NCBI GenBank assembly: GCA_900234795.1
Contig: LT962688.1
Location: forward strand, 4,680,001 to 4,712,000
Reading direction: 5' to 3'
DNA from: Methylorubrum extorquens
GTDB lineage: Bacteria > Pseudomonadota > Alphaproteobacteria > Rhizobiales > Beijerinckiaceae
Length of the DNA stretch: 32,000 nt
The translations under genes and the position numbers were made by a program. The notes under the pieces were generated by a model. It saw only the letters and a list, made by a program, of their open reading frames with translations, was not told the DNA's origin and made no database searches. Below are positions 1 to 7,482 of the stretch, piece by piece. Every line of letters begins with the position of its first letter. The stretch's first letter is position 1.

Positions 1-216
1 TTTTCGCAAGGTCTCGCTATGCTCGGCGCGGAGGAGCGAGCGGTCAACGAAACGTGTTTCCAAAGATGGGACCTCTGGAAGGAGGTTCTGCCCGCACGCT
101 TCCGAATACCGGAAGATCGCGCTCTGCTCTGTCGACGACGCGTAGGACCTCTGCTTCGGAGGCCGTGTCCGCGGTGTCTCGCCCGCGAACGGACCGTCCT
201 GTCGCCGCTTCCCCAT
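1..216 (-). CDS. hypothetical protein, N-terminal part only (gene runs off the window start)
   Basis: ATG at 216 (minus strand) opens a frame that stays open to position 1 (72 codons, MGKRRQDGPFAGETPRTRPP...). Third-position GC is about 75%, higher than the overlapping plus ORF 19..354. No recognisable domain. Confidence 0.25.
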   Translation of the reverse strand, partial: MGKRRQDGPFAGETPRTRPPKQRSYASSTEQSAIFRYSEACGQNLLPEVPSLETRFVDRSLLRAEHSETLRK

Positions 217-471
217 GATCCAGCGCTGATCACCCGAAGCCCGGATCGCTGGGTGAAAAAATCTTCTCGCGGACGTCAAATCTGCGAAAGTCTATCGCCG
301 GACGTGCCGTATTTTGGAAATATGCTTCGATTGACTTTACTGCCAAGCAATTGAAAACTGAATAAGCCAGCCCCTTCCGAGAAGCTGTTCCCGATATCGA
401 CGCGCCGCATCGTCCCGGTTGACCGGGCGATTCTCCGGTGCGTCCCGCCTTGCGACCCTGCGGAGACGACT

Positions 472-1559
472 ATGACCGACGAGCCCTCGCGCCCCGGCCT
501 CCTGCTGTCGCGCCGGTTCCTGTTGCGCGCGGGCGCTGCCGCAGCGGCTCTCCCGCTCGGCTTCGGGGTAGGCGGCGTGCGGGCCTGGGGCCCCGGTCCG
601 GCCGTGCTGTTCGATCCCGGCCCGATCTGCCGCCCCGCCGCCGCGGAGGGGGGCCCGCCGGTCCCCTGAAGCCGATCAAGCTCGCCTGGAACGCCACCGC
701 GATCTGCACCGCCGCGGCGCCGCTGGCCAAGGAGCGCGGCATCTTCGCCGCCCACGGTCTCGACGTGGAGTTCGTGAATTTCGGCGGCTCGACCGAGGCT
801 CTGTTGGAGGCCATCGCCACGGGCAAGGCGGATGCCGGCATCGGCATGGCGTTGCGTTGGCTCAAGCCGCTGGAACAGGGCTTCGACGTGAAGATCACCG
901 CCGGCCTGCACGGCGGCTGCCTCCGGCTGCTCGGCGCGAAATCCGCCGGTATCACCGACGTCGCGGCGCTGAAGGGCAAAACGATCGCGATCAGCGATCA
1001 TGCGAGCCCGGCCAAGAACTTCTTCGCCCTGCTGCTCGCGCAGGCCGGCATCGATCCGGAGACCGGTGTCGAGTGGCGGCAATACCCGGCCGACCTCCTC
1101 AACCTCGCGGTGGAGAAGGGCGAGGCGCAGGCGCTGGCCGATTCCGATCCACGCACGTGGATCTGGCTGAAGGACCCGAAATTCACGGAAGTCGCGACCA
1201 ACCTCTCGGGGGCGTATGCCGATCGCACCTGCTGCGTGGTCGCCGTGCGCGGCAGCCTGATCCGCAACGACCGCGCTGCCGCCGCCGCGCTCACCCGCGC
1301 CGTGCTGGAGGCCGGTCATCGCGTCCACGAGAACCCGGAGGACGCCGCACGCATCTTTTCGGGCTACGGCGGCAAGGGTTCGGTCGAGGATCTTGCCGCA
1401 ATGCTGCGCAGCCAGCACCACGGCGACCGCCCGGTCGGCACCGACCTGAAACGCCAGCTCGTGCTCTACGGCGACGAGCTCAAACAGGTGAACGTCCTCA
1501 AGCGCACCACCGACACGGCTAAGTTCGCTGAGCGCGTCTATGCCGACGTGCTGAGCTGA
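472..1559 (+). CDS. ABC transporter periplasmic substrate-binding protein, NitT/TauT (NMT1/SsuA-like) family; reading frame disrupted between Tat signal and mature domain
   Basis: GGAG at 462-465 then ATG 472 encodes the twin-arginine signal MTDEPSRPGLLLSRRFLLRAGAAAAALPLGFG, but this frame stops at 669. The mature binding-protein sequence (LKPIKLAWNATAICTAAAPLAKERGIF...GKADAGIGMA...) is in the frame of ORF 438..1559. The frames swap near a G6 run at 648-653. A cognate permease and ATPase follow. Confidence 0.75.
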
Positions 1560-1568
1560 GGGGCGCTC

Positions 1569-2567
1569 ATGACCAGCCTCACCGGATTCGCCGGCGCCTT
1601 ACCCGATGCCCAAGGGCGCCCCCCGGGGCTGCCGCTGCGAGCGCTCGCCCTCGGCGCGGCCTGGCTCGCGCTCGCGGCGGCGACCTACGCCCTGCCGGAG
1701 GACGGCGACTTCCCCACCACCGCCGCCTTCGCGGCCGGGGCCCTCGGCCTCAGCCTCGTCCTGCCGCCGCTGGTCGCCCGGTCGGCGCATCTCGGCCGGG
1801 CCGGAGCCTCCCTGGCGCACTGGACGCCCTGGCTGACGCTTCTGGCGCTGGCCCTCACCGCCTGGGAGCTCATCACGGCGAAGTTCGCGCTCCTGCCGAT
1901 GCCCTTCTTCCCGCCGCCGCAGGCGATCCTCGAAGTCTTCCTGGAAGACTGGCCGAGGCTCGGCGGCAGCATCCTGGCCTCGCTGAAGCTGCTCGCCGGA
2001 GGCTACCTGATCGGCGCCGGTCTCGGCTTCGTGCTCGGCGTCGCGATCGGCTGGTCGAAGGCCGTGGGCTACTGGGTGCATCCGATCTTGCGCTTCGTCG
2101 GGCCGCTGCCGGCGACCGCGTGGCTGCCGATGGCCTTCTTCGTGTTTCCCTCGTCCTGGTCGGCCAGCACCTTCCTGATCGCGCTCGCCACCGGCTTCCC
2201 GGTCACGGTGCTGACGTGGTCGGGGGTCGCCGGGGTCAACAAGGCTTATTTCGACGTGGCGCGCACGCTGGGGGCCTCGCCCGCCTTCCTCGTGCTGCGG
2301 GTCGCGGTCCCGGCGGCGCTGCCGCACGTCTTCGTCGGGCTGTTCATGGGGCTCGGCGGCGCCTTCGCCGTGCTGGTGGTCGCCGAGATGCTCGGTGTGA
2401 AGTCCGGCCTCGGCTGGTACCTGCAATGGGCTCAGGGCTGGGCCGCCTACGCCAACATGTACGCCGCGCTGATCGTGATGGCGCTGATGTGCTCCGGGCT
2501 CATCACCCTGCTCTTCCGCCTGCGCGACCGGGTGCTCTCCTGGCAGAAGGGGCTGGTGCAATGGTAG
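1569..2567 (+). CDS. ABC transporter permease, NitT/TauT family
   Basis: 332 aa with multiple hydrophobic spans and an EAA-loop-like segment (VNKAYFDVARTLGASPAFLVLRVAVPAALP). Starts 10 nt after the binding-protein stop; its stop overlaps the ATPase start. Confidence 0.9.
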   Translation: MTSLTGFAGALPDAQGRPPGLPLRALALGAAWLALAAATYALPEDGDFPTTAAFAAGALGLSLVLPPLVARSAHLGRAGASLAHWTPWLTLLALALTAWELITAKFALLPMPFFPPPQAILEVFLEDWPRLGGSILASLKLLAGGYLIGAGLGFVLGVAIGWSKAVGYWVHPILRFVGPLPATAWLPMAFFVFPSSWSASTFLIALATGFPVTVLTWSGVAGVNKAYFDVARTLGASPAFLVLRVAVPAALPHVFVGLFMGLGGAFAVLVVAEMLGVKSGLGWYLQWAQGWAAYANMYAALIVMALMCSGLITLLFRLRDRVLSWQKGLVQW

Positions 2568-3361
2568 CCGGACCACTCGAACGCTCCACTCCGGCGCCCC
2601 TTGCGGCCGCCGGATCGCGGCTCACCGTCGAAGCCGTCTCGCACGCCTTCGACATCCGCGGCGCCGCGCTTCCGGTGCTCGACCGCATCTCCCTCGACGT
2701 GGCGCCAGGCGGCTTCGTGGCGCTGCTCGGTCCCTCCGGCTGCGGCAAGTCCACCCTACTGCGTCTCGTCGCCGGCCTGGAGCCGCCCGGCGCTGGCCGC
2801 ATCTCGATCGACGGGACGGGGGTCACGGGCCCCGATCCCTCGCGCCTGCTCGTGTTCCAGGACCCGACGCTCTATCCCTGGCGCACGGTGCAGGGGAACG
2901 TGATGCTGGGGCTGGAGGCCCGCGGTGTCGCCAGGCGCGAACGCGCGGCTCGGGTCGAGGCGGCCCTGCGCCTCGTCGGGCTCGACGGCTTCAGCGAGGT
3001 CTTTCCGCACCAACTCTCCGGCGGCATGGCCCAGCGCGCGGCGCTGGCCCGCGCCCTGGTGAACGCGCCGCGCCTTCTCCTGCTCGACGAACCGCTCGGC
3101 AAGCTCGACGCTCTGACCCGCCTCAGCCTGCAGGCCGAGATCCTGCGGCTGTGGCAGGAGACGCGCTTCACCGCGCTCCTCGTCACCCACGACGTGGAGG
3201 AGGCGCTGGTTCTGGCCGAGCGTGTCATCGTGCTCTCCGACCGCCCGGCCGCGATCCGCGCGGACATCCTCGTCGAGCGTCCCTATCCCCGCCACCGCGA
3301 CGATCCTGAATTGGTGCGTCTGCGCCGAAAAATCCTCGGCATCCTCGGTCAATCGATCTGA
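2561..3361 (+). CDS. ABC transporter ATP-binding protein, NitT/TauT family
   Basis: ATG 2561 overlaps the permease stop (ATGGTAG). Walker A GPSGCGKST, signature LSGGMAQR, Walker B LLLLDEP, H-loop VTHD. The N-terminal part of ORF 2120..3361 overlaps the permease and was trimmed. Confidence 0.9.
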   Translation: MVAGPLERSTPAPLAAAGSRLTVEAVSHAFDIRGAALPVLDRISLDVAPGGFVALLGPSGCGKSTLLRLVAGLEPPGAGRISIDGTGVTGPDPSRLLVFQDPTLYPWRTVQGNVMLGLEARGVARRERAARVEAALRLVGLDGFSEVFPHQLSGGMAQRAALARALVNAPRLLLLDEPLGKLDALTRLSLQAEILRLWQETRFTALLVTHDVEEALVLAERVIVLSDRPAAIRADILVERPYPRHRDDPELVRLRRKILGILGQSI

Positions 3362-3424
3362 TCGGCTGCCGCTCGGGGCCGTGCTTTCATCCTCCGTTCG
3401 ACTGGCTCATCCGTAACCACGGCG

Positions 3425-3451
3425 CCAACCGAAGCCGGTGGCGTCGGTTGG
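3425..3451 (+). terminator. possible stem-loop downstream of the ABC operon
   Basis: CCAACCGA (3425-3432) pairs with TCGGTTGG (3444-3451), with an inner GCC/GGC extension. It lies 64 nt after the ATPase stop. No clear T-tract follows. Confidence 0.3.
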
Positions 3452-4386
3452 TTGAGCGAACAATGTCGGACCGTCGTGATATGCGTGCCAAAGGTCTGCT
3501 GCTGGCGCGAAGCAGGCATTTCCATTGCGGATCAAAGCAAACTCCGGACCTCGATGACGCGCTGAAAGCGTTCGTGGGTAGCGTCGGGATGGGAGTTAAT
3601 CTCGAGGTTCTTATCCATTGCCGCCGACAACGTGAATCGCGAACGACCCATCGAACAGGCCAGGCACAGCGAGTGTACGATCACCGCGATTTTTGTCTGT
3701 GCTGAGGCATTCAAGCCTGAGGACAGACGCTACGAATTCCGCGTCTCGAATATATCAGAGCGGGTGCCTCCAGGATTCCACGGTCACTCTTAGTGCAGCG
3801 GTCACGGTCCAATCGCCCGCGTGAGGCTTGGTGACGCCCAACAGTGCATGCCGTTGCCTTGCATGACATTCGGCGGTCGGCATGACCGAGATGTCTAACG
3901 TTGAACCGGGCCAGAGCTACGGGTGTTCACGCGAGTTGATGCCGACCCGAGTGCAGTGCGAATGACAACGGACGATGGGCAGGCCGACTTGGGGCGTACT
4001 CGGTTTAGTGACTCTCACGAAACTCCCTCTGCGCTGTCATCGCAGGAGCGAGAACGGTCGGAGACCGAGAGTGTTGTGAGGCACTCTTAGCCCGGAGCTT
4101 GGCCGGCGGACCTGAACTTGGGCGCCGCTTGTATCGCCACGCATTGCGGCAGCATGCACGTAAGCACACCCATGCAGGCAGAGGGGCAAGGGTGCAGCGC
4201 GCGGAAGCGGCGACAGCCTGCAAGCAATCGACGCACCCCGCGCTTCGAATGACAATATTTTGAACAAAGATGACTGCATTTGCGCCACAATTCGGCGAAT
4301 CGCGTGCACCGCAACCGTAAATTGGACTTATGCGTACGCTCTCAGGCGCTGCCCAGCGCCGACTATATTCTTACATGGTCGCTTTT

Positions 4387-4412
4387 AATTCGAATTTAAC
4401 GAAAAATTTTCG
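4387..4412. promoter_or_regulatory. two adjacent AT-rich palindromes upstream of the glucan-synthase module (candidate operator/promoter region)
   Basis: AATTCGAATT (4387-4396, perfect 10-bp palindrome) and CGAAAA-A-TTTTCG (4400-4412, perfect 6-1-6 dyad). They sit in an AT-rich island about 105-130 nt upstream of GTG 4517. Confidence 0.3.
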
Positions 4413-4516
4413 CAACCCTTTCGGCGCCGCAGCAATTCAGAGGGCGTCGCACGGCCGATGACCCGAACGGTTGCCGTCCGCAGAGCGACCCATTCCACGC
4501 GCCTGGAGTTGGACTC

Positions 4517-6271
4517 GTGTCCCAGCCTACCCTCACGTCCGCGCCCGAGCACCGCCATGGCCGGCTCGTCCGCGTGTCGAGCGTCGGTCTTGCCTCGGTT
4601 CTGGCGATCTTGATCGGCACCTCGGTGCTTCCGCCTCTCGTGGCGGACCAATCCGATCGCGCGGTGGTCAACGCCCCGGTCACCCTGCTGACGGCCCCGA
4701 TCGCGGGCGATATCGGGGCGATCCCGGTCACCGCGGGGGACAAGGTCGAACGCGGTTCGCTGGTGGCCCAGATCACCAATGACCGCCTGGATCGCGCCAC
4801 GGCGATCCAGCTAGCCGGGCGTGTCTCCGAACTGCGGGAGCGCGCGCTTGCCGCCGAGAACAAGAGAACCTCGAACGAGGCCTATCTTGCGGCCATCGAT
4901 CGGGCGATCCGGGATCAGTCCGCACAGATGATGCAAGTCCTCCGCTCACAGGTCGAGGAACTCAAAGCCAAAATCGCCTCGGCCAACGCGTCGGGCGAGG
5001 AGAAGCGGGTGCTGATGGAGCGTCAGGTCGGCATGGTCGCGCGCGACGTGGCGAGCCCCGATATGGTGAAGTCGACGACGCAAGCCTTCAACGCCGCGAT
5101 CCAGGAGAAGAAGGCGGCGGAAGCCAAGCTCAATCAGAAGACGGTTCAGCTCGAGGGACTGGCTCGTGGGCTGTTCCTGGGCGACGAACTGCGCAGCCTC
5201 GCCGACCTGTCGGAGAAGCAACTCTCCATCACCTACGACACCCAGCGCCTTGCAATCGAGGAGAAGGAGCTGAAGGCCGCGATGGTCGATCAGCAGGCGC
5301 TGCTGAAGCGGGAGGACCAGCGCCTCGACAGGTTGACGACCTCCGAAATCAAGGCTTCGGCCAAGGGCGTCGTCTACAACGTCAACGCCACGACCGGACG
5401 CCACGTCGGAGCCGGCGACAGCCTCGCCTCCGTCGTGGATTGCGAGCGCAGCTTCGTCGTCGCCATCTTCTCCTACCGCCAGGGCCAGAACCTGCAGGTA
5501 GGAAGCGCGGTCACGATTTCGGGCGGATCCGTCGGGCCTCGCAAAGGCATCGTGACCGAGATTCTGCCCAAGACCAGCGACACCGTCGACGCGACCTACG
5601 CGGTGCCGTTCCCGCAGACGGAGCGGCGCGAGCTCTACGTCTTGGTCAGGCCCGAGCCGCTCCCGGCCAGCGGTGCGGCGTCCGAAACCCTGGTGGAGTC
5701 GGCTTGTGGCGTCGGACGCTGGGTGACGGTCACGCGGGAATCGGGCTGGGTGCCGTCGAACTCCGTCGTCTGGCGCGATCTCGGTGACGGCGCGAGCGGG
5801 CTCGTGACGAAGGTCGCGGCCGCCGCACCCGATGTCGTGCAAACCGTGTCCGATCACGCCCGGGCCATGGTCTCCTCCGCCAGCGACGTCCTGAAACACG
5901 TCGTCTCCACGGGTGCGGATGTCGCTGGCCCGGCACGGGCCGGCCACGACGTCCCCGTGCGGCCGGAACCCGGAACGCCTCGGGCGAGCTCAGCCGTTGG
6001 TGAGGGCCGTTCCGAGACGCAGTCGGAGGCGATCGCGCCCGCTATCCAGAGAGACGCGCCGACCATCGCGTCCACGGAGTCCGGGGAGAAGCCTGTGGTC
6101 GATCGCATGGCCCCGATCCTGACCCAGCCCTCGAGCACGGGGCAGCAGCCGGCCGAGATCGCCCCTGCGCGCCGCATCTCGATGCCGCCGCTCCCGCCGG
6201 CACGGCCGAATTCTTTCCAAAGCGAGGCTCCGAAACGGACAGGTTCCATCGCACAGGAGGCACGCAGCTGA
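4517..6271 (+). CDS. HlyD-family membrane-fusion (periplasmic adaptor) protein with a long Pro/Ala/Ser-rich C-terminal tail; BgsB-like partner of a glucan synthase
   Basis: GTG 4517 with GGAG at 4504-4507. N-terminal TM segment (VGLASVLAILIGTSVLPPLV), lipoyl-like hairpin (APIAGDIGAIPVTAGDKVERGSLVAQI), long coiled-coil, beta-barrel part (GVVYNVNATTGRHVGAGDSLASVVD). The last ~170 aa are low complexity. Confidence 0.8.
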   Translation: MSQPTLTSAPEHRHGRLVRVSSVGLASVLAILIGTSVLPPLVADQSDRAVVNAPVTLLTAPIAGDIGAIPVTAGDKVERGSLVAQITNDRLDRATAIQLAGRVSELRERALAAENKRTSNEAYLAAIDRAIRDQSAQMMQVLRSQVEELKAKIASANASGEEKRVLMERQVGMVARDVASPDMVKSTTQAFNAAIQEKKAAEAKLNQKTVQLEGLARGLFLGDELRSLADLSEKQLSITYDTQRLAIEEKELKAAMVDQQALLKREDQRLDRLTTSEIKASAKGVVYNVNATTGRHVGAGDSLASVVDCERSFVVAIFSYRQGQNLQVGSAVTISGGSVGPRKGIVTEILPKTSDTVDATYAVPFPQTERRELYVLVRPEPLPASGAASETLVESACGVGRWVTVTRESGWVPSNSVVWRDLGDGASGLVTKVAAAAPDVVQTVSDHARAMVSSASDVLKHVVSTGADVAGPARAGHDVPVRPEPGTPRASSAVGEGRSETQSEAIAPAIQRDAPTIASTESGEKPVVDRMAPILTQPSSTGQQPAEIAPARRISMPPLPPARPNSFQSEAPKRTGSIAQEARS

Positions 6272-7482
6272 GGGCGGCCGCCGCCGCGCTCGCTCTCACG
6301 TTGGGAATGTCGGCCCCTGCCTGGGCGGATGATCTCGGCCGGGAGCTGTGCCGCGCCCTGTCCGGCGCCGTCGAGAGGACGGCGCCCGATGGGGACCCCG
6401 TGTTCCTCGCGAGCTACGAGCCTGGGCCGGACGAGAAGGAGGTTCCGCCGCCGCTGCGCAGCACCGCCTTCTCCTACGACAACGCCCTGGCGGCCACGGC
6501 GCTCGCGGCCTGCGGCGACCTGCGGCGCGCCCGTCAGATCGGCGAGGCTTTCCTCGTGGCGATCGAGAGCGACCGCACCTTCGAGGACGGTCGCATCCGC
6601 AATGCCTATCGCGCCGGCCCGGTGCGCGCGCGTCCCGTCCTCCTCCCGGGCTGGTGGGACGCCGCGAACAAGCGCTGGTCCGAGGACCGCTATCAGGACG
6701 GCACGGCGACCGGCAACGTCGCGTGGGTCGGGCTGGCACTGCTCAATCTGCGCGACGCGACGCAGGACCCGCGTTTCGAGAAAGGGGCCACCCGTCTCGC
6801 GGCCTGGATCCGAGCGCGGACGGCCCGCCACAACGGGCCCGGCTTCACCGGAGGGCTCGACGGCTACGATCCCGACCAAGCGTCGCTGAGCTGGGCCTCC
6901 ACCGAGCACAACCTCGACATCGTTGCCCTGGGGATGCGGCTCGGCAAGCCCGACGACCGGGCCATGGCTGCCTCGGCACGGACATTCCTCGACGCCGCCT
7001 TCGACGAACGGGCCGGCTGCTTCCGGATGGGAACCGATACCGAGGGACATATGCGCGGTGTCGAGGCCATCGCCCTCGACACGCAGCTCTGGCCCCTGCT
7101 CGGGGTCGTCGATCCGCCGGACGCTTGGCGGCGCGCGCTGTCCTGCGCGACCACACGGTTGGGCGTGCCCGGCGGGTTCGATTTCAACGACGACCGCGAC
7201 GGCCTTTGGGTCGAGGGGACCGCACAGGCGGCGCTCGCTTATCGCTCCGTCCAGAACGAGGCCACGGCAGGCGAACTTCTGCAGACTCTGGCCGGTCAGC
7301 GCGCGCCCTCGGGCTGGCTCTATGCGAGCCGCGAAGCACGGCTGACCACCGGTCTGCGAATCGGGCCGGCGAGCACGCAGGACGATTTCTTCTACTTCCG
7401 CCGTCCGCATCTTGGCGCGACGGCTTGGGCCGCGCTGGCAGCTTTGGGCCACAATCCCTTCACAGGAGGCCGCGTCCAATGA
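6268..7482 (+). CDS. secreted helical-repeat protein, possibly (alpha/alpha)6-barrel glycan-processing enzyme; start codon uncertain (CTG 6268, TTG 6301 or ATG 6307)
   Basis: The frame is open from 6004. AGGAGG at 6255-6260 lies 7 nt before CTG 6268. Translation from there gives a Sec signal, (M)RAAAAALALTLGMSAPAWA/DD. The body has repeats such as FSYDNALAATALAACGDLRRARQIGEAFL and TGNVAWVGLALLNL. The stop overlaps the GT2 start (ATGA). Confidence 0.6.
   Translation: MRAAAAALALTLGMSAPAWADDLGRELCRALSGAVERTAPDGDPVFLASYEPGPDEKEVPPPLRSTAFSYDNALAATALAACGDLRRARQIGEAFLVAIESDRTFEDGRIRNAYRAGPVRARPVLLPGWWDAANKRWSEDRYQDGTATGNVAWVGLALLNLRDATQDPRFEKGATRLAAWIRARTARHNGPGFTGGLDGYDPDQASLSWASTEHNLDIVALGMRLGKPDDRAMAASARTFLDAAFDERAGCFRMGTDTEGHMRGVEAIALDTQLWPLLGVVDPPDAWRRALSCATTRLGVPGGFDFNDDRDGLWVEGTAQAALAYRSVQNEATAGELLQTLAGQRAPSGWLYASREARLTTGLRIGPASTQDDFFYFRRPHLGATAWAALAALGHNPFTGGRVQ

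Noticed and set aside
331-359. A sigma70-like promoter, TTGACT-N17-AAAACT, upstream of the first ABC operon.
   Set aside because: The -35 is good but the -10 matches only 3 of 6 positions. This is too weak to report as a feature without TSS data.
216-471. A TPP or other riboswitch upstream of the NMT1/THI5-like binding protein.
   Set aside because: No CTGAGA / ACCTGATCTGGATAATGCCAGCG-like THI-box elements were seen.
276-1421. Long antisense ORFs opposite recognisable genes: 276..1421(-), 1599..2576(-), 5854..7479(-), 10712..12199(+), 13446..14924(+), 15009..17462(+), 22045..23157(-), 23328..24692(+), 25499..26596(-), 28154..29401(-), 29977..31086(-), 30942..31820(-), and many shorter ones.
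   Set aside because: Their products are Arg/Gly/Pro/Asp-rich with no motifs, as expected for stop-poor off-frames in ~70% GC DNA. In each case the opposite strand or another frame encodes a protein with clear family signatures.
3448-3714. Short ORFs in the spacer (3448..3705 +, 3532..3714 -, 4005..4314 - set, 4385..4651 -).
   Set aside because: They are mutually overlapping, have no RBS or domain signal and have atypical composition. I could not support any as a gene or as a recognisable transposase/integrase remnant.
3362-4516. tRNA or other structured RNA gene in the spacer (looked for a GGTTCGAAT-type T-loop; TTCGAAT occurs at about 4244-4250 and about 4389-4395).
   Set aside because: The flanking bases do not form T-arm or acceptor stems, so there is no cloverleaf. 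An sRNA cannot be excluded, but none can be supported by eye.
6348-7478. Upstream extensions of the ORF-track entries 6348..9437, 2120..3361, 19338..20438, 20505..21650, 21720..22055, 23709..24491 and 18172..19194.
   Set aside because: The extensions overlap the preceding gene or are low-complexity. Internal starts with an RBS and/or start-stop overlap (7479, 2561, 19542, 20541, 21759, 24413, 18885) give proteins that begin where the family domains begin.
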